Positions 9,547 through 19,265 of a stretch of DNA of 64,000 bases are shown piece by piece. This DNA comes from Candidatus Nomurabacteria bacterium. Lineage in GTDB: Bacteria; Patescibacteriota; Minisyncoccia; Phycocordibacterales; UBA9973. The position numbers and the translations under genes are program-made. The notes under the pieces are model-generated. The model saw only the letters and a program-made list of their open reading frames with translations. It did no database searches and was not told the DNA's origin. Within the stretch, counting starts at the first letter, position 1; each line of letters begins with the position of its first letter. The DNA is taken from contig JACQGC010000018.1 of NCBI GenBank assembly GCA_016199805.1, positions 5,219-69,218 of the forward strand, written 5' to 3'.

Positions 9547-9619
9547 GCCGCTGTAGCTCAGGTAGTAGAGCAACGAATTCGTAATTCGTGGGTCGGATGT
9601 GCAAGTCATCCCAGCGGCT
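9547..9619 (+). tRNA. tRNA-Thr (anticodon CGU)
   Basis: GCCGCUG/CAGCGGC acceptor, anticodon stem ACGAA/UUCGU with loop UUCGUAA, T-loop UGCAAGU (same variant as the CAU tRNA). Confidence 0.85.
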
Positions 9620-9620
9620 C

Positions 9621-10508
9621 ATGGAACTAGATAAAAGTAATATAGAAAGCGAAATAAAAAAACTGGAAGACGAAATGCAAGCTCCGGATTTTTGGAATGA
9701 CAAAATGAGAGCGCAGGGTATTTTGAAAGAGCTGGCAGAACTAAAAGATAAAAAAGAAGGCGCAAATAAATACGACAAAGGCAACGCGATTGTGACCATA
9801 ATCTCCGGCGCGGGCGGAGACGACGCTGAAGATTTTTCATTGATGCTTTTTTTGATGTACGAAAAATATGCCAAGAAGCGAAGCTGGGGGCTAACGCTCG
9901 TCAGTGAACATAAAAACGACCATGGTGGATACCGAAACATTTCTTTTGAAGTTGCAGGCAAGGGTGTCTACGGGTTGCTCAAAAATGAAGGCGGCGTGCA
10001 CCGATTGGTGCGGATTTCGCCCTTTAACGCTAAAAAATTACGGCACACGTCTTTTTCGTTGGTGGAGATTTTGCCGAAGTTCTCAAAGTTGGAAGAAAAA
10101 GACGTTGTCTTGAGGCCTGAAGATTTAAAAATAGAATTTGCCAAAAGTGGCGGCCCAGGCGGACAAAACGTGAACAAGAGAGAGACAGCAGTACGCATTG
10201 TCCATGTTCCGACCAATATTTCGGCGCACGTTTCTACAGAGCGTTCCCAGGAACAAAACAGGGAATTGGCTATGGCAATACTCCGCGCCAAGATTTTCAA
10301 AAAAGCCGAGGAGGAAAAGAAAAGCATAGAAGAGAGCATGAAGCTGACCAAGAACACCGAGATAGAATGGGGCAGTCAGATACGCTCGTATGTCTTGCAC
10401 CCGTACAAGATGGTTAAAGACCACCGCACCAATGCGGAGACTTCTAACGTGGATGCTGTTTTGGACGGCGACTTGGATATTTTTATTGAAGCCGAGAAAA
10501 TTTTGTAA
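9621..10508 (+). CDS. prfB: peptide chain release factor 2 (compact form, no programmed frameshift)
   Basis: GGQ motif (SGGPGGQNVNK), SPF tripeptide (RISPFN), and C-terminal GWGSQIRSYVLHPYKMVKDHRT. The ATG at 9621 immediately follows tRNA-Thr. At 295 aa it is about 60 residues short in domain 1 compared with E. coli RF2. Confidence 0.85.
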   Translation: MELDKSNIESEIKKLEDEMQAPDFWNDKMRAQGILKELAELKDKKEGANKYDKGNAIVTIISGAGGDDAEDFSLMLFLMYEKYAKKRSWGLTLVSEHKNDHGGYRNISFEVAGKGVYGLLKNEGGVHRLVRISPFNAKKLRHTSFSLVEILPKFSKLEEKDVVLRPEDLKIEFAKSGGPGGQNVNKRETAVRIVHVPTNISAHVSTERSQEQNRELAMAILRAKIFKKAEEEKKSIEESMKLTKNTEIEWGSQIRSYVLHPYKMVKDHRTNAETSNVDAVLDGDLDIFIEAEKIL

Positions 10509-10590
10509 ATTCTTAAATAAAAAAAAGACGTGGGGTTTATCCCCCCACACCTCTTGCCAAGCCACATAAATCTGAAGTATTATTAAGCTT

Positions 10591-11358
10591 ATGAAAATAA
10601 AAATTGGTTTTCTGTTGGCCGTTTTGTTTTTTACTAGTGTGGGTTTTGTGCACGCCGCTGATTTAAATTTTACTAATAACACCAATATAAATATTGGAGC
10701 CAATACATATGTCATTACTGCCGGCTCAGTAGCCACTTCTCCGATGACTTTGAGCGCCACGACCCTGACGGTAACTGTGCCTGCCGGTACTTTTACCTTG
10801 CAATCTGCAAATGGTTTTGCCCTAGGCACAACCGGTAGCTTACCCCAATCCTGCAACGGCGGCACAAACCAAGTTATCATCACCGGAGTAGCCGGACCGA
10901 TAGTTATCACGCCAAACACTGGTTCAGTTGTCTGTCCTAGTAGTGGAAGTGTCACTTCTTCTGGCAGTGGCGGTTTAGTTTCCAGTGCACCATTACCACC
11001 CCCAGTCGTTACTCCACTACCAGCGACAACTCCACCTCCAACCGCAACCACTCCACCAGTCACAACTCCCACAACTCCAGTAACCACTCCAACCGGCAGT
11101 ACATCACAACCAACTGTAGCATCTCCCGTAACCTACAATTTAGGCACCACCACATTAAAGAATGGCAGTACCGGCAACGCCGTCAAAGAACTGCAAAGAT
11201 TTTTAAACAGCGACTTGAAGGCAAACATAGCGGTGGACGGCAAACTTGGACCGAAGACCATCGCCATCATCAAGAAATGGCAGAAAGCCCACAAGTTAAC
11301 CCCCGATGGTCTGATAGGGGCCAAGACCAAGAAATTGATGAATTCCTTAGCCAAGTAG
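10591..11358 (+). CDS. secreted Pro/Thr-rich protein with a C-terminal peptidoglycan-binding (PG_binding_1) domain
   Basis: Signal peptide, an ADLNFTNN motif, a PPVVTPLPATTPPPTATTPP linker, and a C-terminal GNAVKELQRFLN...DGKLGPKTIAIIKKWQKAHKLTPDGLIGAKT. Confidence 0.75.
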   Translation: MKIKIGFLLAVLFFTSVGFVHAADLNFTNNTNINIGANTYVITAGSVATSPMTLSATTLTVTVPAGTFTLQSANGFALGTTGSLPQSCNGGTNQVIITGVAGPIVITPNTGSVVCPSSGSVTSSGSGGLVSSAPLPPPVVTPLPATTPPPTATTPPVTTPTTPVTTPTGSTSQPTVASPVTYNLGTTTLKNGSTGNAVKELQRFLNSDLKANIAVDGKLGPKTIAIIKKWQKAHKLTPDGLIGAKTKKLMNSLAK

Positions 11359-11404
11359 TTTAAATTATTATTAAAATTATTAATTAAGTTTCGTAAAATC
11401 ACAA

Positions 11405-12052
11405 ATGCAAAATCAAAAAAAGTTTCTAATGAGTCTCGCCATATTACTAGCCGTCTTCTTTGTAGCTACCCAAGTCTTGGCTGACCTGACTTTCACCAAC
11501 AATTCCATCTCTGGCACCACAGCTTCTCTTTTAGACGTGGGAGCCGGGAACACCCTTTCATTACAAACCACCAACAATGGTCCGGTTACTTTCGGTAACG
11601 GTGCCATTACCATTGGCAACTTAGCCGGAGGTGGCATCAAATGTCTGCATGTTTCCAATACCGGAGTCGTCTCTGTGGCGGCGGCGGATTGTGGAGCGGG
11701 GGGAACAACTACTTTACAATTTTCTTTTATGTTGGGGGCTGACGGCGGAATTGCTTTAACGGATGGAATAGCTCAAAATACTATTTTCAGTAACCAACTC
11801 GGCAGAGGTATTCATATCACCAAGGTTTGGTGTGAGACGGATGCAGGAACTCCTACATTAAATATGAAAAAGCGCGGGGCTGGGTCCAACCTATTGTCAA
11901 GTAATTTAACTTGTACCACTTCCGGAGCTTCAGGCACGACATTTTCTTCAACTCAAGATGCATATGCTGATGGAGATATTATGGATTTCACATTAGCCAC
12001 AGCGACAACTGCGCGAAGGATTACAGTTGTAGTTCGTTACACTCTTGACTAA
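11405..12052 (+). CDS. secreted hypothetical protein (KCLHV-motif family, paralog of 48484-49233)
   Basis: Signal peptide plus ADLTFTNN; shares DxGAGNTL-x-QT..PVT.G.G..T.GNL..G..KCLHVxNTGxV..AAADCGxGG with the 48.5-kb ORF. Confidence 0.7.
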   Translation: MQNQKKFLMSLAILLAVFFVATQVLADLTFTNNSISGTTASLLDVGAGNTLSLQTTNNGPVTFGNGAITIGNLAGGGIKCLHVSNTGVVSVAAADCGAGGTTTLQFSFMLGADGGIALTDGIAQNTIFSNQLGRGIHITKVWCETDAGTPTLNMKKRGAGSNLLSSNLTCTTSGASGTTFSSTQDAYADGDIMDFTLATATTARRITVVVRYTLD

Positions 12053-12060
12053 ATAAAAAT

Positions 12061-13761
12061 ATGAAAAAACTAATTATATTTTTAATTTGCGTGATTGGTT
12101 TGGGTGCCACCACTGCTTTTGCCGCAACAGGCAAAGTAATTTATACAGGAACACCTATCGGTGACGGAACTATTGCCAATGTTTTTGACGGGAATTTTAC
12201 AAATGACTGGAATGGAACCAACGCCGGTTTTGATTTCGGCTCCGCCATCAATTTGACATCAATCAGGATGGCCATGTCATCATTTTACGGCACATAGTAT
12301 CCAGTTCCTGGCTCCGACACAGTGCAGAGGTCTCCAGATAATTCAACCTGGACGACTTTTCTGACATTTCCAAACTGGTCTCACCCGTATATCCCCAGGT
12401 ATCATTTTCTTGATACTGCAGTTTCACCAGGTGCGGCCTATAGATATTATCGCGTTTCTTCCGGTGGCAGTCCCGTAACATTTGGCGAATTGGAATTTGT
12501 CGGTAACGCAGGAGAGCCATCAAGCGGTTCGCGTCCGGTAGAACCGGTCGTCACACCTGCCGGTGGAGTGGCGCTTTATGGTTCTGTAACAATAAATATG
12601 TCGTCTCTGACAACGTCCGCGACGATGCATTACACGGTGGATGGGTCAACTCCGACATGCAGTAGTACGACATACAGTAGTCCGTTTACCTTGACCGTCG
12701 GAACAGCCACAGTGGTAAAAGCTGTGGCGTGCGATGCTACCTTGACCACTCAAGCATCACTTGTCACAACTTCCGGAACTTTTCGTAATTATGGAATTAA
12801 ACCAGCCGACACATCTTGGTCTGATGTTTCTGGGTATCCGAATTTTCACTCAGGAAGTATAATATTAGTAAACGGTCAGTATTACTATTTTACACAGTGG
12901 GAGGAGTCTTACAATCACGGAAGCGATCTGACTAACAATTCAGGTATTGAAATTTATAAAAGTTCTGATTTGCTGAATTGGACATGGGTTCAAGAAGTGC
13001 CTACTCCTAGTGCTCCGACTAATTGGTATTATGTTGAGAGACCCCATGTATTATACAATTCCAGTACATCAAAATATGTGATGTGGGCGCATTGTACCCA
13101 AACCCACGATGCCAACGACCGCGCTTGTATTTGGACAGCCAATGACCCGTCATCAACATGGACACTTCAAACCGCCACCCTCAACCCAACTGAGGGGGGA
13201 ACCGGGTACGGCTTTAAAGACTTCAACTTATTTCAGGAGTCAGATGGTAACGCTTATGTGGTTTACACCAGTGGCACACCAAATAACGCAGACAACTGGA
13301 TTGCCAAACTCACATCAGACTATTTAAATGTTACAGGTACTGATTATTTGCATCTAAATGCTGGAGTAAGTCGCGAAGCCCCGGTGCTGTTTAAACGTGG
13401 GTCAGCCTACTTCCTTATCACTTCTGCGTCCAACTACTATAATTTTAATGCAACTTTTGATGTCCAATACCAAACCAATATCGGAGCTTCACCACTGGCG
13501 AATAGTTGGTCGGCTTTAAATACCAATTATTTTTATACTTCTGATCCTATCGGAACTGCAAACAATGCTCAACCTACAGCAGTTCTTAATCTCGGCGGGG
13601 ACAACTGGCTTTATTTGGCGGACCACTGGCTAAGCACTGATTTACAACACTCAACTCGGGTTTGGTATATGCTTCGATTTCCAACGGGTACAACCATAGC
13701 ACCACCAAATCCACTACCAGCACAATGGGATATTCCACGACCCCAACGAAGGATGATGTAA
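12061..13761 (+). pseudogene. secreted F5/8 type C (discoidin) domain plus GH43-like beta-propeller protein, interrupted by an in-frame TAG (12295-12297)
   Basis: Both pieces (12061-12297 and 12322-13761) are in the same frame. The discoidin fold spans the stop (FDGNFTNDWNG..FDFG..IRMAMSSFYGT*YPVPGSDTVQRSPDNSTWTTF..YRYYRV). Downstream EAPVLFKRGSAYFLITSA and NGQYYYF are GH43-like. Confidence 0.6.
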
Positions 13762-13808
13762 AATATTTTTTCTTTGTTCGAACAAAAATCTATGGTAAGA
13801 TAAGGGAA

Positions 13809-14477
13809 GTGATTTATTTTAATAATGTTTCAAAAATATATAAGGATGCCACCGCGCTTCTAGACGTTACGTTCGTGATTGAAGCGGGGGAATTCGTTTC
13901 CATTGTCGGGCATTCCGGTGCCGGCAAGACGACCCTGACAAAAATGATATTAGCGGAAGAACCGCCGACCGATGGCACCGTCTTTTTCGAGTCCATAGAT
14001 GTGCACAAGCTGAAAAGCAAAGACCTCACCAATCTCCGCCGCCGCATCGGTGTGGTTTTTCAGGACTACAAACTCCTCTCCAACAAAACCGCCTACGAAA
14101 ACATCGCTTTTGCCATGGAAGCCGTCGGCAAGACCGAAGAAGAAATTGCGAGTGACGTGCCCCACGTCTTGGAATTGGTGGATTTGAGCCATAGGTTAAA
14201 CCATTTTCCGGATGAAATGTCCGGTGGGGAAAAGCAGCGCCTGGCCATCGCCCGGGCCATCATCAACCAGCCCGAGCTTATTATCGCCGACGAGCCCACG
14301 GGCAACCTGGACCCCGTAAATACCCACGAAATAGTGCAGATTTTGAAAAAAATAAACGACTTGGGCACGACGGTGATTTTGACTACCCACAACAGGGGAA
14401 TCATCGAGTCGGTAAATAAACGGGTAATTACGATGGAAAATGGGAAAATTGTTCGAGACACAAAACACAGCAAGTAG
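13809..14477 (+). CDS. ftsE: cell division ATP-binding protein FtsE
   Basis: Walker [13 protein letters not shown] signature [13 protein letters not shown], Walker B IIADEPT. A GTG start gives [11 protein letters not shown], aligning to E. coli MIRFEHVSKAY. Followed by ftsX. Confidence 0.85.
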   Translation: MIYFNNVSKIYKDATALLDVTFVIEAGEFVSIVGHSGAGKTTLTKMILAEEPPTDGTVFFESIDVHKLKSKDLTNLRRRIGVVFQDYKLLSNKTAYENIAFAMEAVGKTEEEIASDVPHVLELVDLSHRLNHFPDEMSGGEKQRLAIARAIINQPELIIADEPTGNLDPVNTHEIVQILKKINDLGTTVILTTHNRGIIESVNKRVITMENGKIVRDTKHSK

Positions 14478-14561
14478 TGGTATAATAGAATTACTTGTCC
14501 CGTTAGAAAATCAACGGACTTGTAAAAGTATGAAGTTTATTATTTTAAATTTTTTAATGGG

Positions 14562-15485
14562 ATGACAATGACGACTTTGAGAAGAATTATAAAGGGCGGA
14601 TTTTTGAACTTTAAAAGAGGCGGCATTGTTTCCTGGGCCGCGGTCTTGGTGGTGACCATCACTCTTTCCGTCATTACGCTCATAATTTTTCTTCAGGCGG
14701 TTTTGCATTTTTCCTTGAGCCAAATTAAAGATAAAGTTGATGTAACTATTTATTTCACTACCAGCGCGCCGGAAGATAAAATTCTGGCCTTGAAATCTTC
14801 TCTGGAGCAATTGCCCGAAGTGGCAAATGTTTCTTATACCAGCGCGGCGCAAGCCCTGCAACTTTTCCGTGACCGTCACCAAAATGATTACCCGACAATT
14901 CAAGCTCTGGATGAAATTGGGGCAAACCCACTCGGGGGATATCTCAATGTCAAAGCCAAAGAAGTTTCGGAGTATGAAAGCATCGCCAACTTTATGAAAT
15001 CCGACAATGCGCTCGTGCTCGGCTCGGCTTCCATCGTAGACAAAGTGAATTATTATCAAAATAAACTGGTCATAGACAGATTGAATACCATCATTGGCGG
15101 CGCGCAAAGACTCGGTTTTCTGTTGACATTTGTTTTGGTGATTATTTCCATCATTATCACTTTCAATACCATTCGTTTGGCCATATTTATCTCCAAAGAA
15201 GAAATTGGTGTCATGCGCCTGGTGGGTGCCTCCAAGATGCACGTGCGGGGACCTTTCATGACGGAGGGCGTGATATACGGTATCGTGGCTACGCTCATCA
15301 CTATGTTTATTTTTTGGCCAATCGGTTTTTGGTTGGGTAAAAACATGACCGATTTCCTCGGAATTAATCTCTACAATTACTATCTTTCCAACTTCTTTCA
15401 AATTTTTGCAATAATTTTATTATCAGGTATACTGCTAGGTGTGATTTCGAGTTTGCTGGCGGTTAGGAGGTATCTTAATAAATAG
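14562..15485 (+). CDS. ftsX: cell division permease-like protein FtsX
   Basis: 307 aa with an N-terminal TM, a periplasmic domain and a C-terminal FtsX-type 3-TM bundle, downstream of ftsE. Confidence 0.85.
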   Translation: MTMTTLRRIIKGGFLNFKRGGIVSWAAVLVVTITLSVITLIIFLQAVLHFSLSQIKDKVDVTIYFTTSAPEDKILALKSSLEQLPEVANVSYTSAAQALQLFRDRHQNDYPTIQALDEIGANPLGGYLNVKAKEVSEYESIANFMKSDNALVLGSASIVDKVNYYQNKLVIDRLNTIIGGAQRLGFLLTFVLVIISIIITFNTIRLAIFISKEEIGVMRLVGASKMHVRGPFMTEGVIYGIVATLITMFIFWPIGFWLGKNMTDFLGINLYNYYLSNFFQIFAIILLSGILLGVISSLLAVRRYLNK

Positions 15486-15518
15486 TTAAAAAGTAGAAAG
15501 TTATAAAATCAATAAAGT

Positions 15519-17150
15519 ATGAAAAATCCAAAATATATTTTTGTGGTGGGGGGAGTTATGTCCAGCGTAGGCAAGGGAATTGCGGCCTCCTCTATCGGAA
15601 AAATATTGCAGTCCCGCGGTTACCGGGTGGCCATTATGAAAGCGGATATGTACGTGAATATTGACGCGGGCACTATTCGCCCCGCCGAACACGGAGAAGT
15701 CTTTGTCGGCGAAGACGGCGTGGAAGCCGACCAGGACCTCGGAAACTATGAGCGTTTTACCGGCCAGACTAGCAAGAGGGTAAACTACATGACCACCGGG
15801 CAAATTTACCAGGAAGTCATCCGCCGTGAGCGAAACTTGGAATACGGCGGGGAAGATGTGGAAGTTTATCCGGATATTCCGAAAGAAATAATCAGGCGCA
15901 TCGAAGTCTGCCAGAAAGAAAATAAATCGGAAATCACGGTCATCGAATACGGTGGCACCGTCGGCGAGCATCAACTCTTTCCGTTTTTGGAAGCGACCAG
16001 AATGATGCGGTCAAAATTTCCCGGCGATGTTTTTGTCGTTTTGACGAGCTACCTGCCGACCCCGTCTCTTCTCGGAGAACAGAAATCAAAACCAACCCAG
16101 CGCGCCGTCTTGGATTTATATTCCGTCGGACTCAAGCCGGACTTTGTATTGTGCCGCGCCGACAAGCCAGCCACAGCTGACATCAAACGCACCATCAGCA
16201 ATGTCTGCAGTATTCCCGTGGAGAGAATAATCTCTGCGCCGGATGTTTACTCCATTTACGACGTGCCGGTTAATTTCGAAAATGAAAATTTTGGCAATAC
16301 TTTGCTCAAAACCATTGGCTTGCACCCGCGCGAGAGGGACTTGGCGGATTGGACGGCTTTGGCCAATAAAATAAAAAAGATAGATAAAGAAGTCACCATC
16401 GGTATCGTCGGTAAATATTTTAATTTTAAATCTTGTAAAGACACTTACATTTCCGTCATAGAATCCATCAATCACGCTTCTTGGGCGCAAGGTTACAAGC
16501 CAAAGATTCTTTGGTTGGATTCGGAAAAATACGAAAATAACCCGAAACTCTTGAGTGAGCTGGATGGTTTGGACGGCATCATCGTGCCGGGAGGCTTTGG
16601 CAACCGGGGAGTGGAAGGGATGATTTTAGCCGCCGATTACGCTCGCCGCAAAAAAATTCCATATTTCGGTTTGTGCCTGGGCGTGCAGATTTTGACTATC
16701 TCTTATGCCAGAAATGTTTTGAAATTGAAGGGCGCGAACTCTACGGAAATGAACGCGAATACACCGCACCCTGTCATCGCCACTATGGCCGACCAGATTG
16801 ATAAAATCAAAAATAAAAATTACGGCGGGTCTATGCGTCTGGGAGCTTATGCCTGCACCTTGGCCAAAGACACTGTCGCTTTTGGCGCTTACAAAACCGT
16901 GAACATTTCCGAACGTCACCGCCATCGATACGAAGTGAACACAAAATACGTAGCCGAATTGGAACAAGCCGGCTTGGTCTTCTCCGGCCGTTCTCCCGAC
17001 GGAGTACTCATGGAGATAGCCGAGCTACCAAAAAAAGTTCATCCGTTTTACCTGGGCACCCAATTTCATCCGGAATTCAAATCCCGCCCACTTTCCCCGC
17101 ACCCGCTCTTCTCCGCTTTCGTCAAAGCTTGCGTTGGCAAGCAGAAATAA
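15519..17150 (+). CDS. pyrG: CTP synthase
   Basis: 543 aa; IFVVGGVMSSVGKGIAASSIG N-terminus; C-terminal glutamine amidotransferase domain with GLCLGVQ and a His. Confidence 0.95.
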   Translation: MKNPKYIFVVGGVMSSVGKGIAASSIGKILQSRGYRVAIMKADMYVNIDAGTIRPAEHGEVFVGEDGVEADQDLGNYERFTGQTSKRVNYMTTGQIYQEVIRRERNLEYGGEDVEVYPDIPKEIIRRIEVCQKENKSEITVIEYGGTVGEHQLFPFLEATRMMRSKFPGDVFVVLTSYLPTPSLLGEQKSKPTQRAVLDLYSVGLKPDFVLCRADKPATADIKRTISNVCSIPVERIISAPDVYSIYDVPVNFENENFGNTLLKTIGLHPRERDLADWTALANKIKKIDKEVTIGIVGKYFNFKSCKDTYISVIESINHASWAQGYKPKILWLDSEKYENNPKLLSELDGLDGIIVPGGFGNRGVEGMILAADYARRKKIPYFGLCLGVQILTISYARNVLKLKGANSTEMNANTPHPVIATMADQIDKIKNKNYGGSMRLGAYACTLAKDTVAFGAYKTVNISERHRHRYEVNTKYVAELEQAGLVFSGRSPDGVLMEIAELPKKVHPFYLGTQFHPEFKSRPLSPHPLFSAFVKACVGKQK

Positions 17151-17167
17151 ATAGATTCAAAAATCCA

Positions 17168-17211
17168 TCCACCCCGTCTCGGAGTACCGAGCCACCCCTC
17201 AAGAGGGGAAT
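17168..17211. repeat. GC-rich palindromic element (contains CCCCTCAAGAGGGG), inverted copy of the 17612-17650 element
   Basis: ccaccccgtctcggagtaccgagccacccctcaagaggggaat. Its reverse complement resembles attcccctcttgaggggtggc...ggggtgga downstream of the DUF559 gene. Confidence 0.5.
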
Positions 17212-17228
17212 CATGCAATCCAAAATCC

Positions 17229-17624
17229 ATGTACCCATATTGGGATATTCCTAAAAATAAACTTTTAGCAGAAAGAACTAGAGATTTAAGAAAAGCTGGT
17301 AATTTGGCTGAGGTTTTGTTTTGGAAAATATTTAATGACAAAAAGAAATTAGGTTTTGATATAGATAGACAAGTAATTATAGGTCAATACATAGTAGATT
17401 TTTTAATTCCCGAACTTGGCTTAGTTTTTGAAATAGACGGCTCCAGCCACGATTCAAAAATAGAATATGATGCGGAAAGGGATGCTTTTATGAAAGACTT
17501 AAATTTGCAGGTGATTAGAATATCTGACTTAGAGGTGAAAAACAACTTAAGTAGCATTTACCACTTAGTGTTAGAGACAGTTGAAAAAAGAAAACAGGAG
17601 GTATTGGAATTATTCCCCTCTTGA
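17229..17624 (+). CDS. DUF559 endonuclease-domain protein (Vsr-like fold)
   Basis: RQVIIGQYIVDFLIPELGLVFEIDGSSHDSKIEYDAERDAFMKDLNLQVIRIS matches the DUF559 pattern. The last codons and the TGA stop lie inside the downstream palindromic repeat. Confidence 0.75.
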   Translation: MYPYWDIPKNKLLAERTRDLRKAGNLAEVLFWKIFNDKKKLGFDIDRQVIIGQYIVDFLIPELGLVFEIDGSSHDSKIEYDAERDAFMKDLNLQVIRISDLEVKNNLSSIYHLVLETVEKRKQEVLELFPS

Positions 17625-17650
17625 GGGGTGGCGCTTGCGCCGGGGTGGAT
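17612..17650. repeat. GC-rich palindromic element attCCCCTCTTGAGGGGtGGCGCTTGCGCCggggtgga
   Basis: Two nested hairpins (CCCCTC-TT-GAGGGG and GGCGC-TT-GCGCC). A nearly identical copy is at 19906-19944. Confidence 0.6.
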
Positions 17651-17718
17651 ATATTTTACTTCTTGACAACCCGCTTCCAATAAAATATACTTAGTCTACC
17701 TAACTATTAGGTAGACAT

Positions 17719-18141
17719 ATGATACATACACATGCTAAATCAAGTTTGGGGGATTTAATTCTAATATTACGAAGGAAAATCATGGAAAGCCTGAAGGCGG
17801 CCGGTTTTGAACATGAGCTTACTTTTTCACAAGTAGAGGTTCTTCATTTTGTCGGTCCGGAAGGCAAGGAAACCATGAAGAGTATTGCCGATTTTCTCAA
17901 AATTACTCCGCCTTCCGCCACGGAGATTGTGGCCGAGATGGAAAAGAAAGGTTTGGTTAAAAGGACCAGCGACGAAAGGGACAGAAGAGTGGTTTTCATC
18001 GTTCTGTCGCCCTTGGCCAAAAAGCTTTTTATTTCACTGCACAAACGCAAAGAATTCGTTTTAAAGAAAATATTTTCCAAATTAAGCAAAAAAGATCATG
18101 AAGAATTTGAACGCATTATTAGAATTTTAATAACTACATAA
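17719..18141 (+). CDS. MarR-family transcriptional regulator
   Basis: 140 aa with a winged-helix region (LTFSQVEVLHFV...MKSIADFLKITPPSATEIVAEMEKKGLVKR..DERDRR); first gene of an efflux operon. Confidence 0.8.
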   Translation: MIHTHAKSSLGDLILILRRKIMESLKAAGFEHELTFSQVEVLHFVGPEGKETMKSIADFLKITPPSATEIVAEMEKKGLVKRTSDERDRRVVFIVLSPLAKKLFISLHKRKEFVLKKIFSKLSKKDHEEFERIIRILITT

Positions 18142-19226
18142 TGATACACAAACATATCAAATCATTGCCACATCACCCCAAGAGAGTAATCATAATTTCT
18201 CTGGTTGTTGCTCTGTCTGTCGGAATATTCGGCTACGTAAAAATAAATAAAAAAGTAGCTAGTCCGGTTATTGAGAACGATATCACGAGCGCCGGAAACA
18301 TGCCTGCTTCAAACCACCTCACTCTCGGTTTCTTGGCTGCTGGCAGGATAAAGTCCGTTTCCGTAAAGGCGGGGGACAAGGTTGTAAAAGGGCAAGTCTT
18401 GGCAGCTCTGGACGCAGAAAATGCGCAAGGCGCCCTCTTGCAAGCCAAAGCAGCTTACCAGACGGCAGAGTCCAATTATCAAAAGATAATCAACGGAGCC
18501 ACTGGTCCGTCCATAGATGTGGCCAAAGCGGCGGTGCATACCGCGCAGGTAAATTTCGACGGGGTGACCAAGCAGCAAAATATTTTAGTGGCCAATGCCT
18601 ATTCAAATCTTTTGAATTCTTCGCTCATAGCGAAATCCAGCATAAGCAATTCTCTGGTTCCTCCTACCTTGAGTGGAGTCTATGGTAAAGATACACAAGG
18701 GACAATCAAAATTACTTTTGGGTTGGGTGGAGGCGCGAGCGAGAGTAAAGATTTTGTAGTCTCCGGTGTTTTAAATGGCATAGGCACGGCCAACACAAAT
18801 ACACCCGAACCGGTTTTAGATACGGGGATTTTTATACAGCTGCCCAAATTTGCCAATATTGAGTCTTATTCCAGCACCATCTGGAGTATAGATGTTCCAA
18901 ACACTACCGCGCCGAATTATCTCGCCAACTACAACGCCTATCAAACTGCTCTCCAGACAAAAACTCAAATGATTGCAAACGCCCAAGCTGTATTGGACCA
19001 AGCCAATGCTTCGCTTTCCGCACTCGTGGCTGCCGCTCGTCCCGAGGATGTAGCCGCGGCACAAGCTCAAGTAAACAATGCCCAGGGCGCGGTGCAGATA
19101 GCCCAAGCCGCAGTGCAAAACACTATTATTACCGCCCCGGCAGACGGCACGGTGACTTCTGTCGCTATTACTCCGGGACAAATCGCCACCCCGAACGCTC
19201 CGGCTATAGAATTTACAAGTAATTAA
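18141..19226 (+). CDS. efflux periplasmic adaptor (HlyD/EmrA family), TM plus coiled-coil part
   Basis: N-terminal TM, biotinyl-lipoyl-like segment (VKAGDKVVKGQVLAALD), and a long Ala/Gln-rich coiled coil. Confidence 0.7.
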   Translation: MIHKHIKSLPHHPKRVIIISLVVALSVGIFGYVKINKKVASPVIENDITSAGNMPASNHLTLGFLAAGRIKSVSVKAGDKVVKGQVLAALDAENAQGALLQAKAAYQTAESNYQKIINGATGPSIDVAKAAVHTAQVNFDGVTKQQNILVANAYSNLLNSSLIAKSSISNSLVPPTLSGVYGKDTQGTIKITFGLGGGASESKDFVVSGVLNGIGTANTNTPEPVLDTGIFIQLPKFANIESYSSTIWSIDVPNTTAPNYLANYNAYQTALQTKTQMIANAQAVLDQANASLSALVAAARPEDVAAAQAQVNNAQGAVQIAQAAVQNTIITAPADGTVTSVAITPGQIATPNAPAIEFTSN

Positions 19227-19265
19227 TCGCCTTATCGGCGACCTGCCGAAGAGGCAGAAAAATTT

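Noticed and set aside
9427-9630. 67-aa ORF across the tRNA-Thr pair
   Set aside because: It is composed of the two tRNA genes; not coding.
10125-11087. 320-aa - strand ORF rich in Gly/Val/Thr/Pro
   Set aside because: It lies antisense to prfB and to the Pro/Thr-rich surface protein gene. The low-complexity translation mirrors the sense-strand PT-rich coding. No independent start or Shine-Dalgarno support.
14511-15401. 296-aa - strand ORF
   Set aside because: Completely antisense to ftsX, which has clear family features; a spurious long antisense frame.
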